Origin: an uncultured Verrucomicrobiae bacterium
Lineage (GTDB): Bacteria > Verrucomicrobiota > Verrucomicrobiia > Chthoniobacterales > Chthoniobacteraceae
Length of the DNA stretch: 64,000 nt
Direction of reading: 5' to 3'
NCBI GenBank assembly: GCA_963828525.1
Contig: CAWHEP010000002.1
Span: forward strand, 32,001 to 96,000
Part shown: positions 21,794 to 31,638 of the stretch, piece by piece
Numbering within the stretch: position 1 is the first letter of the stretch
Layout of the letters: every line of letters begins with the position of its first letter
Notes under the pieces: generated by a model
Database searches by the model: none
Told to the model about the DNA's origin: nothing
The model's input: only the letters and a program-made list of their open reading frames with translations
Translations under genes and position numbers: made by a program

Positions 21794-22830
21794 GGCAACA
21801 TACCTTCCAATGCCAAGCGATAAACCTCCGCTGTCGCCCGGGACACCCTGTCCCATGATGTTTCATCACGCCAATCGGCGGCGGCTTCGAACCCTCCCGG
21901 AGTCTCCAAAGCGCGTTTGAGTTGATCCCGAAAATCACCCGCAAAATCGCCGAACCGATAAACAAGCGGACTGGGTTCCATAAGATCCACAGTATGCAAG
22001 CGGGACGGAATCAAGATTGGCAAACCCCAGGAACGCGCGAGACATGCCGCTCCAGATGTGAGGATTGCCCGGTAGTTGAAAACGGCGCAATCAGCCGCGC
22101 TGAGCCAGAGAGCCAACTCGTCGTCTTCGAGGCGCTTGAATCGTGTCATGATGGAGGAATGAGTTCCAAAGGAACCCGCATATTCGTCCGAAACCGGCTT
22201 GCCAACGATCGCGAGAGTCGCGTCAGGGTTTTCGCGCTGCCAGAAGGAAACAACTTCCTCAATGCCCTTGTAGGGCGAAACAGTTCCAAACAGCAGGCAG
22301 ATCCTGCCGGTGCCGAGGCCCAATCTTTCCCGCGCCACATCCTTGGGAACAGGGATACCCAGGCTGGCGGAAAGATCCCCGTGAGGTATGACGTGGCAAC
22401 GTTCACGAGGAAGGGAAAATACCTGCCCCAGCTTCTCCTTCGCGGCTTCGGAATGCGCGATGACAGCGCACGCCCGACGCAGGGCAAACCGGACGTTGCC
22501 AAAAACGAGCCGGTCGGCGCGGGTGTGATGCGGCAACAAATTGTGAGCCGTAACCACGAGCGGGCGGTTCCTGGTGGCAAGGCCAAGATCCAGCGGGAAA
22601 CGCAGGCGGCGGAACCACGCGAAACTTCTACGCGCCCTGAAATAGTAAGCTTCGGGCCAGTGCAGGTGCAAGAGATCGCAGGGATGCGACGGCATCGCTC
22701 GCGAGAGCGGAAGTCCCCGGTGATAATCCGATAGGAAGCCAACCTCAACGCCCTCCTTTGCGAGAGACGCCGCCAGCAATGCCTGGTATTGCACACCGGC
22801 CCGCCAGTCTGGAGCGAATAGAACCCTCAT
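21790..22830 (-). CDS. Glycosyltransferase family 4
   Basis: HLHWPE, TAHNL.PH, IPHG, FGTVSPYKG, LTSG. Confidence 0.85.
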   Translation of the reverse strand: MRVLFAPDWRAGVQYQALLAASLAKEGVEVGFLSDYHRGLPLSRAMPSHPCDLLHLHWPEAYYFRARRSFAWFRRLRFPLDLGLATRNRPLVVTAHNLLPHHTRADRLVFGNVRFALRRACAVIAHSEAAKEKLGQVFSLPRERCHVIPHGDLSASLGIPVPKDVARERLGLGTGRICLLFGTVSPYKGIEEVVSFWQRENPDATLAIVGKPVSDEYAGSFGTHSSIMTRFKRLEDDELALWLSAADCAVFNYRAILTSGAACLARSWGLPILIPSRLHTVDLMEPSPLVYRFGDFAGDFRDQLKRALETPGGFEAAADWRDETSWDRVSRATAEVYRLALEGMLP

Positions 22831-23104
22831 TGATGCGTCAAATACGACACGGCGCCGCCGGATGGGAAAGCCAAATTCACCACAAGCAGGATTTAAGCGC
22901 TGCGCCAGAAGGACGAATTCGTCAGCGTGTCGAATTTGACAACGTTGTTACACAACCGTTGACCCAGCGAGATACACGGGAAGAGTTTGTTCTTTACAAA
23001 GAAAGGAGCGCGACCGAAAATCAGGGCACCATTCCTGCTTTCATGGATTTTATGGAAAATGATAGTAATGTGAGCGGTTATTCGATTCTATTGAGGATTG
23101 AATC

Positions 23105-24586
23105 GTGATAAAATCCATCCTTCTCTGCATTCTGGGGTTCTTAATCTCATTTGGCATCACGCCGAGCGTGATTCGATTTTGCAAAAGGGGCTTCGGTCTT
23201 GACGAGGCAAACGAGTCAAGGAAGCGCCATATAGCCCCGATTCCGCGGCTCGGCGGAGTGCCGGTGATGGCCGCGCTGATCTCGGGGCTCGCGCTGATCT
23301 TCGTGATGCGCCCAGAGCGGTCGCATGAGTGGCTCCCCATCCTCGTTGGCGCTGTTCTCATTTTTGCGCTTGGCCTCTGGGACGACTTAAAATCTCTGCC
23401 AGCGAGGGCGAAGTTCGCCGGACAAATTCTGATAGCGACCCTGGTCTATCTGATGGGCCTGAGAATTGACCGAGTTTCTTACAGCAACGCGTTCATGCAT
23501 GTTGAGCTGGGACATGCCGCCGGTTACGCGATAACGGTCTTCTGGCTTATTGCGATCCCGAACATCATTAACCTGATTGATGGATTTGACGGGCTCGCTG
23601 GAGGACTGGGAATGTTCATGGCGGCGACCCTTGGAATCGTGGCAATTTTTTCGCAGCAACTTCCGGAAGCCTGGTTTGCTTTCACGATGGCAGGCGGGTT
23701 GCTTGGCTTCCTGGCTTTCAACTTCCCGCCGGCGAAGATTTTCCTGGGAGACGGAGGAGCCTACCTGATAGGCTTCAGCATAGCCGCGCTTTCGCTGAAG
23801 ACGTCGAATAAAGGGGCAGTCGCCTCGGTGCTGCTTGTAACCATCGTCGCCCTCGGGGTCCCGATCCTCGATACATCGTTCGCGCTGGCCCGCCGCGCTT
23901 TCCGCGGATTCCCCATTTTCCACAGTGATGACGAGCACATCCACCACCGGCTCCAGGATCTAGGGTTTTCGCAACGGCGCATCCTATTCGCGATCTATGG
24001 CGTGTGCGTGATCCTAAGCCTTGTTGGACTAAGCATCTTTTGGAGCCAGGGGCGGACGATACCGATCGCGATCGGCGTGATTTTTCTGCTGGCGGTCTTT
24101 GCCGCGCGGTACCTCGACTACATCCGCAGTTGGACGGATGTGAGAACACAGTTTGAACGGGTGATCTCGCGCCGGCACACTGTGCGATACGCCCTATTAC
24201 AGGCGCAGTTGCTGGACATGGAGATTGACCGGTGCGGCGGCTCGGACGAATTTTGGCCGATTTTCCAGCAAACGCTGTCGCGAATTGGCCTGGTGGAGGC
24301 GGAAGATGACCGCGAACGAGAGGGGTATCTCCCGATCCACATAAAGCATAATGGAAGCGCGCCATGGGTGCTGTTAGCTCCGTCCCGGATTGGAACGGAG
24401 ATCGAGTGGAAGCGGATCGCGGAATGTTTCCGACCGGTTTACGTAAAAGCGAACTTCAAGTGGCGCTCGTCCGATACCAAGCGGGAAGCATCCGTGGTGT
24501 TCGAACCGCTCAAGTCAAGGCCAATGCCAGTGCATAACAGCGCGGTCGTCTTCACACCGAATGTTGAAGCGGCTACCGGGGCTTGA
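23105..24586 (+). CDS. MraY/WecA-family undecaprenyl-phosphate GlcNAc-1-P transferase with C-terminal extension
   Basis: PRLGG, GLWDD, NLIDGFDGL, FNFPPAKIFLGDGG, HIHHRL. Confidence 0.92.
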   Translation: MIKSILLCILGFLISFGITPSVIRFCKRGFGLDEANESRKRHIAPIPRLGGVPVMAALISGLALIFVMRPERSHEWLPILVGAVLIFALGLWDDLKSLPARAKFAGQILIATLVYLMGLRIDRVSYSNAFMHVELGHAAGYAITVFWLIAIPNIINLIDGFDGLAGGLGMFMAATLGIVAIFSQQLPEAWFAFTMAGGLLGFLAFNFPPAKIFLGDGGAYLIGFSIAALSLKTSNKGAVASVLLVTIVALGVPILDTSFALARRAFRGFPIFHSDDEHIHHRLQDLGFSQRRILFAIYGVCVILSLVGLSIFWSQGRTIPIAIGVIFLLAVFAARYLDYIRSWTDVRTQFERVISRRHTVRYALLQAQLLDMEIDRCGGSDEFWPIFQQTLSRIGLVEAEDDREREGYLPIHIKHNGSAPWVLLAPSRIGTEIEWKRIAECFRPVYVKANFKWRSSDTKREASVVFEPLKSRPMPVHNSAVVFTPNVEAATGA

Positions 24587-25484
24587 GCAGGAGCGGACGC
24601 AGACGAGCAAGACCCTCGGAGTAGAACAGGTTTCTCACCGCGCCCACGTAGTGGCGAGCGACGGCCCCAGGAGCGGCGCGACGGCTGATCGAAACCTCAT
24701 ACGCAGGAGGCAGCATTCCTCCCCGTCCCCATTTAGAGGCGCAAACGGCAAAAAGGGTTTGCTCGATTCGCCAGAAATGCCCGCGAGGGAGGGTGGTATT
24801 GCTGAGGGCTGCCTCACACAGTGGAAGGCTGACAGCGTCCCGCGTCAGCAGGCAGAGGCCGCTGTTCACGCTGGGCCAAAGGTTGATCCCCAGTTTATCC
24901 AGCGCCTCTTGAGTGGTGATGAGGGTGGCATCTTCAACATCCTGGTTGAACCAGCACTCTTCAGAGTCCGTGGAGACCCAGTTCAAAATCGCATCCGGCT
25001 TGGAAAAAAACAGTATATCACTATCAAGGATGATAAATCGTCTCCCTGGCGCAAAGAGCGGGACATCGAATATTTTAAGGGCAAGGGGATGACGCGACCT
25101 GTAGTCCTGGCAGGCGGGGAACGCGCTCAACCAAGAGGGCACAGTCGAGTCCGCCTCCGGGCGCCGGATGATCCTGCCAGAAGGAAACTGCGCCTCGAAC
25201 CACTCGCGGGCGTCGGCGGGGAGAGTGCCGTCGTCGTGGATGAAAACAGCCCAGTTCCTGCCTGTAGCCCTGAACCAGCTTGCCAGCATCCAAGCGGCGA
25301 GAAGCCAATCGTTTTTACCCGTGAGGAGATGAATAGACACCGGCTGAGCAGCCTGAGTAGCGTTCGGATTGCGCCAATGCCGAATAAGTCCAAGAGTCCG
25401 GTAATGATGAAAGGTGGCGGCCCATCCGCGGCGAATGTCGCGTCGCAGAAGCCACCAAAGCCGGCCTGGTCGTGGAAAAATCAT
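24573..25484 (-). CDS. Putative GT-A glycosyltransferase
   Basis: IHDDG, ILDSDILFF (DxD), NSGL, EQT, HY motifs. Confidence 0.65.
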   Translation of the reverse strand: MIFPRPGRLWWLLRRDIRRGWAATFHHYRTLGLIRHWRNPNATQAAQPVSIHLLTGKNDWLLAAWMLASWFRATGRNWAVFIHDDGTLPADAREWFEAQFPSGRIIRRPEADSTVPSWLSAFPACQDYRSRHPLALKIFDVPLFAPGRRFIILDSDILFFSKPDAILNWVSTDSEECWFNQDVEDATLITTQEALDKLGINLWPSVNSGLCLLTRDAVSLPLCEAALSNTTLPRGHFWRIEQTLFAVCASKWGRGGMLPPAYEVSISRRAAPGAVARHYVGAVRNLFYSEGLARLRPLLLKPR

Positions 25485-25572
25485 CTATTGATGGCGCTGA
25501 GCGCCTGAATTATATGGCAAACTGAGCAAGCCTCGGCGAGCCTGTAATCCGCAAAATGCTTCATTTCTACCG

Positions 25573-26118
25573 ATGCTGGATCTGAGCCGATTTTCCGCTC
25601 ACGGGTTTGACCGAGGCACCTCGAAGTCAAAGGAATTGGCCTGGTATGTGATCAGGCGCTTTTTCTTTCAAACGGCGTGGCCCATGCCATCCATTTGGCG
25701 CGTCCGGTTGCTCCGGCTATTCGGGGCGAGGGTGGGCGCGGGAGTCGTGATCCGGGCCGGCATAAACATCACCTTCCCGTGGAGGCTGACGGTGGGAGAT
25801 TATGTCTGGCTGGGCGAGGAGGTGATGATATTGAGCCTGGCCCCGGTGACTATTGAGTCGAATTCCTGCATTTCGCAGCGAGCTTTCCTCTGCACCGGCT
25901 CCCACAATTTTCGAGTACCGACCTTTGACCTCCAAACGGCGCCAATCACCATTCGCGCTGGAACGTGGATCGCGGCGGAGGCGTTTATCGGGCCGGGGGT
26001 GGAGATCGGCGCCAGCAGCGTGATCAGCGCCGGAACCGTGATCATGAAAGATGTGGCTCCCTATTCCCTGATGCGAGGCAATCCGGGCGAACTGGTTCGT
26101 TCGCTCGAAGCGCCTTGA
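25573..26118 (+). CDS. wcaF: WcaF-family polysaccharide acetyltransferase
   Basis: LLRLFGA, FPWRLTVGDYVWLGE, SQRAFLCTGSH, GNP; hexapeptide repeats. Confidence 0.85.
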   Translation: MLDLSRFSAHGFDRGTSKSKELAWYVIRRFFFQTAWPMPSIWRVRLLRLFGARVGAGVVIRAGINITFPWRLTVGDYVWLGEEVMILSLAPVTIESNSCISQRAFLCTGSHNFRVPTFDLQTAPITIRAGTWIAAEAFIGPGVEIGASSVISAGTVIMKDVAPYSLMRGNPGELVRSLEAP

Positions 26119-26121
26119 GCC

Positions 26122-27234
26122 GTGCGAATCCTGTTTCTAAATCAATACTTCCCTCCAGACCCCGCGCCGACAGGAATCCTCCTCGGGGAACTCGCGGATC
26201 GATTGGTGGCTGCCGGCCACTCTGTAGAGTTCATTTGCGCGCGACAGGAATACCGGCCCTCAGGAAAAAAGCAGAAGCATCGAATCCTGCGCGAAGCCGG
26301 AGCTCTTCTGCGCATCCTGGCAAAGGGGATACTTGCCAGAAAGCCGGACGTCGTTCTTTCGGCCAGTTCGCCGCCATGCCTGCTCCTGGCGGCCACAATG
26401 ATCGCCAATGCGCGCGGGGCGAAATCCGTTCACTGGCTCATGGACATGTACCCGGAGCTTGCGGTGGCGCTCGGCGAGCTGCGTCCCGGATTCGTGCCAA
26501 AGATGATCGAAAAGGGGATGCGGTGGGGGTATAAAAAAGCTGACCTTGTGGTGGGTCTCGACTCCGACATGAGCGAGCACCTGAACAGAGTGTACGGCGT
26601 AAACGCCGAGGTCATTCGCCCGTGGATCAACGAGCGCGCCCTCGCAAGCGCGAGCGCCGCAGACGCACAACCTGACGACGCATGGACCTGGATTTACTCG
26701 GGCAATCTCGGACGCGCGCATGAATGGGAAACTATTCTCCGCGCCCAGGCGCTACTGGAGGCGCGGGGGCTTCCGATCCGCCTTCTATTCCAGGGAGGAG
26801 GCCCGTCCAGAGAACCAGCCCAGGCGCTGGCCATGCAACTTCATTTGAAGAAGTGCGAATGGAAGGAGTATGTGGACGAATCTGAGTTGCCCCGGTCCCT
26901 GCTGCGTTGCCGGGTACTTATCGCGACACAGAAGCCAGATACTCGCGGCCTGCTGTGGCCGAGCAAGCTGGCGCTTGCGATGCACCTGCCCCGGCCAATC
27001 CTTTGGATCGGAACGGCGGATGGAGCAGTAGCCGCCCTATTAAAGCAATCGGGCCGAGCCGGCGTTTTCGGGTGCGGCGAGAACGAAGCTGTCGCCGAGT
27101 GGATAGCCGGCCAATTTCACGGAGACGCTGCCTCCGGGCAAGCGGTAGATGGCAGAGCCGAGCGAGCAAACTCGCTCGCGAAGTGGGAGGAACTTCTCTA
27201 CTCGCGGGGGATCTTGGTCACTACGCGGCGATAA
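26122..27234 (+). CDS. Glycosyltransferase family 4 (WcaI-like)
   Basis: NQYFPPD, DMYPE, YSGNLGRAH, PSKL. Confidence 0.88.
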   Translation: MRILFLNQYFPPDPAPTGILLGELADRLVAAGHSVEFICARQEYRPSGKKQKHRILREAGALLRILAKGILARKPDVVLSASSPPCLLLAATMIANARGAKSVHWLMDMYPELAVALGELRPGFVPKMIEKGMRWGYKKADLVVGLDSDMSEHLNRVYGVNAEVIRPWINERALASASAADAQPDDAWTWIYSGNLGRAHEWETILRAQALLEARGLPIRLLFQGGGPSREPAQALAMQLHLKKCEWKEYVDESELPRSLLRCRVLIATQKPDTRGLLWPSKLALAMHLPRPILWIGTADGAVAALLKQSGRAGVFGCGENEAVAEWIAGQFHGDAASGQAVDGRAERANSLAKWEELLYSRGILVTTRR

Positions 27235-27473
27235 AGATCGTCCATCTTCCGACGCGCGCGGGAAACCAGGAAGAGTGAGAGCATCACGCCACCCATGACG
27301 AGCACTGGCAGAGAAGCGCCAGCATCGTAGGCGGAGAGGGAGAGGCTTGCGGTATGTCCGCCCAGGTCCACCGCAGCGGCTGAAGAGGCCCAGGAGGAAG
27401 AAACCACCAGCATCATTATCAAGGCGAACAACGCAAAACAGACGTTAAACGCGAACGAGAAATTCTTGAACAT
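27198..27473 (-). CDS. Small exported/membrane protein with a sorting-signal-like C-terminus
   Basis: Signal-like N-terminus, then YDAGASLPVLVMGGVMLSLFLVSRARRK. Confidence 0.5.
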   Translation of the reverse strand: MFKNFSFAFNVCFALFALIMMLVVSSSWASSAAAVDLGGHTASLSLSAYDAGASLPVLVMGGVMLSLFLVSRARRKMDDLYRRVVTKIPRE

Positions 27474-27790
27474 GTGAAGGTTGGGGGTTGCTGTAGAGCA
27501 GCGGGGAACAATCTTCACTCAATTTATAAGGTTATTGGAATCGCGCAAATATTATTTATCAGAAAATGCGTTTTGGCTGTTTTCGGAGGTCGGATCGGTG
27601 ATCTCACAACTTTCCGAACCTGTCAGCGAAGGCTCCCTATCTGGACTACCCTTGCGCGGGTTGGATTTGCGGTTGAAAAACATTCTTGCGTTAGAGGAGC
27701 GAATGCTCAATATTACCCGCCCCATTGCCACAGTGCTGTAATTGCCTCGACGATCACCTGAACCGATAATCCATAGAATCCAATCTTCCC

Positions 27791-28516
27791 ATGTCCACTG
27801 AACTCATGACGGAACTGCTCGAGGCGGGCGTCCATTTCGGCCATCAAACGAAGCGCTGGAACCCGAAGATGAAGCCCTTCATCTTCGAGCGGCGGAATGC
27901 GATCTACATCATTAACCTGGGCGAGACCGTTCGGCAGTTGGATGAGGCGACGACATTCCTGCACGACGTCGCGCATAACGGCGGGAAGGTTCTATTTGTC
28001 GGCTGCAAGAAGCAGGCCCAGGAAGCTGTGAAAGAAGCCGCCATCGCGTGCGGGCAGTTCTACGTTAACCAGCGCTGGCTGGGCGGAACGCTGACGAACC
28101 TGACGACGATCCGGAAGAGCATTGCCCGGCTGAAATACATCGAGGAAATTGACAAGTCGCCGCAGTATTCGCAGATGGGCAAGCAGGAGCTTTCCGCGCT
28201 GGCTCGCGAGGGCGCGAAGCTGAGCCGCAACCTTGAGGGGATTCGCTCCATGGAGAAGCTTCCTGACGCCCTGATCATCATCGACACAGCGCGCGAAGCG
28301 ATTGCCGTGTCTGAAGCCCGGCGTCTCAAGATCCCGACCGTGGCAGTCGTGGATACGAACTCTGATCCTCAGCTTGTTAATTATCCAATTGCCGGCAACG
28401 ACGACGCCATCCGCGCGATTCGCATCCTCCTGCAGAAGTTGGTGGATGCGATCGTTTCCGGCTCCGGACATTCCGGCAGGCAGGAACAGGCGTCCATGGC
28501 TGGCGTCGCTGAATAG
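27791..28516 (+). CDS. rpsB: 30S ribosomal protein S2
   Basis: LLEAGVHFGHQTKRWNPKM, RWLGGTLTN, DTN, GNDDAIRAI. Confidence 0.98.
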   Translation: MSTELMTELLEAGVHFGHQTKRWNPKMKPFIFERRNAIYIINLGETVRQLDEATTFLHDVAHNGGKVLFVGCKKQAQEAVKEAAIACGQFYVNQRWLGGTLTNLTTIRKSIARLKYIEEIDKSPQYSQMGKQELSALAREGAKLSRNLEGIRSMEKLPDALIIIDTAREAIAVSEARRLKIPTVAVVDTNSDPQLVNYPIAGNDDAIRAIRILLQKLVDAIVSGSGHSGRQEQASMAGVAE

Positions 28517-28596
28517 CAGCGGGAGCCCCGCCAGGCGTTCCGGAAAAACTTCAAGGTTTCCACAGTTGTCGTCGACGCGCCCATTGTTCAGCACAC

Positions 28597-29244
28597 ATGG
28601 ATAAGATGCGAAGGTATTGCTCCCTGACCAAGGCCACGCTGGTGGGCGCCGCTCTTTTACTGGGTGGCAGGATTTACGCGACAGATGTGACATGGCACGG
28701 CGGCACCTGGCATGATGCTTCCATCAGCAGCGCGGAAGGAGATCAAGTGGTCATCACCGGCACGAAGGAAGGAGAATCCAAGGCCTCCACGTTCAGGATG
28801 CCGCTTTCAAATGTTCCTGACGATATGATCCGTGCTTATCGGGTCACGCGGGATCGCGACCGCGAAGCCGCGCATACAAACGATGCGCGAAAGCAAATGG
28901 ATGCGTCACGCAGCGAGGAAGCCATTCAGCGGAATGAGAAAATCGCCAATCTGAAAGCGGCCCTGGAACGGGATCCGCATCACGGCAAGCTGGTGGCAGG
29001 GCACATCCTCCTGAAAAAAGATGAGGGCGTTGTCATCCAATGCGATGCCAACACGCCTCCGGATCTGCCGCAGTCGGTCGGGACAGTGTTTCTGAAGGAC
29101 TGCCCTGGGATCCGCAAGCTGGAAATCGGGGATCCAGTCGGCGCCATCGGCTACGAGGATGGCAAATCAACGTTCAATTTTCTGAGTATCCAGGCTTATA
29201 GCGTGACGCCGCCAAGGGTCTTGGCGCAGCCTCCCTCGAAGTAG
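28597..29244 (+). CDS. Hypothetical exported protein
   Basis: Signal peptide, coiled coil, beta-rich C-terminus. Confidence 0.65.
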   Translation: MDKMRRYCSLTKATLVGAALLLGGRIYATDVTWHGGTWHDASISSAEGDQVVITGTKEGESKASTFRMPLSNVPDDMIRAYRVTRDRDREAAHTNDARKQMDASRSEEAIQRNEKIANLKAALERDPHHGKLVAGHILLKKDEGVVIQCDANTPPDLPQSVGTVFLKDCPGIRKLEIGDPVGAIGYEDGKSTFNFLSIQAYSVTPPRVLAQPPSK

Positions 29245-29281
29245 TTCCGGCGCCCGCGGCAGCGGAACCGAAAATTCTGCG

Positions 29282-30037
29282 ATGATGCCGGCGTCCGCCC
29301 CCGAGACTGTGGTGGAATTCCATCGCTACGGGGCGATGCACCTTGCCATCATTTGCGTCACTATCGGGGCGCCAGTGACGCTTGGCCTCGTCGCGCGAAA
29401 TCGGCGCGGAGGAGACATCGTTACACGAGTAAGCGGGTACGCTCTCTCCTCCTTGCTCATAGTAAACTGGGGCGCGGAATACGTTTACAACTATGTGACG
29501 CGGAACATGAGCGTAAAACACGCGCTCCCGATGCAGCTTTGTGATTGGGCTGCCTTCGTGGTCATTGTGGCCTTGCTGAGGCGAAACCGCCGACTGTATG
29601 AAGTCGCGTATTTTTGGGGATTAAGCGGCACCCTGCAGGCTATCTTAACGCCGAACCTTCAGGTCGCGTTTCCTGATTTTCGATTCATCAGTTTTTTCGT
29701 GGGCCACTGCTCCATCGTCGCGGGAGTCATTTTCATGACAGTGGCCATGCGTTTCCGCCCGGTCGCCGGATCTTTGCCGCGCGCGTGGCTATGGTCGCAA
29801 GTGTATCTGGCCGCCGCGCTTCTGGTGAACAGGCTGGTGGATGGAAACTACGGATTCCTTTCTCATAAGCCCAACGGTGCTTCTCTTCTGGATATTCTTT
29901 CCACGGACAAGGTCACCTATATTCTGGAACTCGATCTTCTCGCAATCGCGTTTTTTGTAGCGCTCTACGCGCCTTTTGCCGTGTATGATCTGGCGAAGGC
30001 AACCCGAGAAGGGCTGCAAGGGGCGGCAGCCAGATGA
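29282..30037 (+). CDS. TIGR02206/YwaF-family integral membrane protein
   Basis: LPMQLCD, YFWGLSGTLQAILTP, FFVGH, NYGFL..KP..SLLD. Confidence 0.85.
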   Translation: MMPASAPETVVEFHRYGAMHLAIICVTIGAPVTLGLVARNRRGGDIVTRVSGYALSSLLIVNWGAEYVYNYVTRNMSVKHALPMQLCDWAAFVVIVALLRRNRRLYEVAYFWGLSGTLQAILTPNLQVAFPDFRFISFFVGHCSIVAGVIFMTVAMRFRPVAGSLPRAWLWSQVYLAAALLVNRLVDGNYGFLSHKPNGASLLDILSTDKVTYILELDLLAIAFFVALYAPFAVYDLAKATREGLQGAAAR

Positions 30038-30120
30038 ATAAATTTTGTGTGGCAAAAGCGCCGGCCACTAACAAATCAAACAATCCACAAATTTTTTTGT
30101 TTAAAGGGGTATGAACATCG

Positions 30121-31083
30121 ATGGGAATTACTTATCGACGTCTGAAACACATGCACCACAAACCTCCAATGACCTATACGCCAGCCGATGTTTCCGGCCC
30201 CGGACTCTCCCGGCCTCGAACCGTCGCCAAAATCCTCCTTCGTGTGCCTCTCTTCGGCGCGATAGCAGGATTTTTGCTTTTGCGGGCCTTGGCTCAGCAA
30301 CATCCTCAGCCAACGTCTGCCCAGACGTGGCGACTGGATACCAATAACAAGCGTCCGGCCCTTTTCCACGCGAAATCAGGGCGCCACGGCTGGGCGGACG
30401 TATCTCCCATTGCCCTGTTACAGATGGCGAAAGAAATCCGTGATTCAGATTTCTATGAACACAACTGCGCGCTGTGTCCTATCGACAACGATCATGCCTG
30501 GATTGCAATCAATCTCCACGACCGTGTTGTAGTAGATTACACTTCTTCCGGCGGCCAGCATTGGGTTCAAAAAAAAGGTCCACCTGCCAGCGAATCGGTG
30601 TTCATCTCGTTTCCTGTTCAGAGGCAAGGGTTCGTGCTGACCGCCAGCGGTTCCATCGGTAACCACCAAGAGTGGGTTTATGAGACCGGCGACGGAGGCG
30701 AGCACTGGAAGGCAATGCCGTCGCCAACACGTGAAGGTTCCAGTTACTACGCCAATGGTATTGTCTTCCGAAACTCATTGGAGGGCTGGATTACGGCAAG
30801 CTACCACGGCGTCCCGGACGCTCCCCTTTTTCACACCGAAGATGGGGCCAAGACTTGGACTCTTCAGGCATTTCCTATTCCCGCTGACTACCACGGCGGA
30901 TATGCGACGACTTATCCTCCAGCATTTCTGGGTAAGGATAAAATGAAGGGTATTCTTCCCGTGGACCTCGTGCGCCATGAGCCTGCGCCAGATCATAGGG
31001 CAAGCGTCAATTATGAAACCGTCAATGGCGGGGCCACATGGCTTTTGCCAAAATCGGGCGTCCACTCGACGAGTTTCAATTAA
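30121..31083 (+). CDS. Exported protein with BNR/Asp-box (YCF48-like) repeats
   Basis: Repeated TSSGGQHW, TGDGGEHW, TEDGAKTW, TVNGGATW; start uncertain. Confidence 0.7.
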   Translation: MGITYRRLKHMHHKPPMTYTPADVSGPGLSRPRTVAKILLRVPLFGAIAGFLLLRALAQQHPQPTSAQTWRLDTNNKRPALFHAKSGRHGWADVSPIALLQMAKEIRDSDFYEHNCALCPIDNDHAWIAINLHDRVVVDYTSSGGQHWVQKKGPPASESVFISFPVQRQGFVLTASGSIGNHQEWVYETGDGGEHWKAMPSPTREGSSYYANGIVFRNSLEGWITASYHGVPDAPLFHTEDGAKTWTLQAFPIPADYHGGYATTYPPAFLGKDKMKGILPVDLVRHEPAPDHRASVNYETVNGGATWLLPKSGVHSTSFN

Positions 31084-31113
31084 AGCCTCCAACTTCGCAG
31101 CAGAAGGACATAT

Positions 31114-31374
31114 TCACGAGCCGCGATAACTATTCTGGAGCCATTTCATCCCGAATAGCAGATTGGCTTCCGGCCTCGCTATCAGCGCATGGTAATGGTT
31201 GTCCATCAACACCCATGCCTGAACTCGCCAGCCAGTGATTGCGCGCGCCTCTCCGAGCGTTTCAAAAAGAAGCGCCGAATCGTCGTCCGATTCGAATATC
31301 TTGCCTCGGCGGTTCGCTCGCGCCATCACATGGTAGAACGCTCCCGGGTATTCGATGCGAATGCTGCGCGGCAT
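31114..31374 (-). pseudogene. RAYT (Y1/HUH) transposase 5' fragment, copy 1
   Basis: MPRSIRIEYPGAFYHVMAR.NRR..IF...WVLMDNHYH...NL..GMKWLQNSY; ends before the catalytic Tyr. Confidence 0.85.
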
Positions 31375-31404
31375 CTCCTTCTCATACCGATAAGAGAGCG
31401 TATT

Positions 31405-31428
31405 TGTCAAGAGATGTTGCCTGACCCC
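31405..31428 (-). repeat. RAYT-associated end repeat
   Basis: TGTCAAGAGATGTTGCCTGACCCC. Confidence 0.85.
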
Positions 31429-31583
31429 TATTTTGCGCACGCGGTTTTCGCGCACGCCTCTTCAAAGGTCGTCAAAAACAGCCGCCGATCTCCATCGGAC
31501 TCGAAAATGGATTCCCGCCGGTTTCCACGCGCCATAACATGATAAAACGCTCCTGGATACTCGATTCGGATGCTCCTCGCCAT
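31428..31583 (-). pseudogene. RAYT 5' fragment from a second, divergent RAYT
   Basis: MARSIRIEYPGAFYHVMARGNRRESIFESDGDRRLFLTTFEEACAKT, cut off by the flank of the next repeat. Confidence 0.8.
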
Positions 31584-31614
31584 ACCCGTCCAAGGTGACA
31601 GATTCTTCAGAGCC

Positions 31615-31638
31615 TGTCAATAGATGCAGCCTGACCCC
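31615..31638 (-). repeat. RAYT-associated end repeat (variant)
   Basis: TGTCAATAGATGCAGCCTGACCCC; overlaps the stop codon of the large GH gene. Confidence 0.8.

Noticed and set aside
28519..28531. GCGGG-AGC-CCCGC hairpin after rpsB as a terminator
   Set aside because: Short stem and no U-tract
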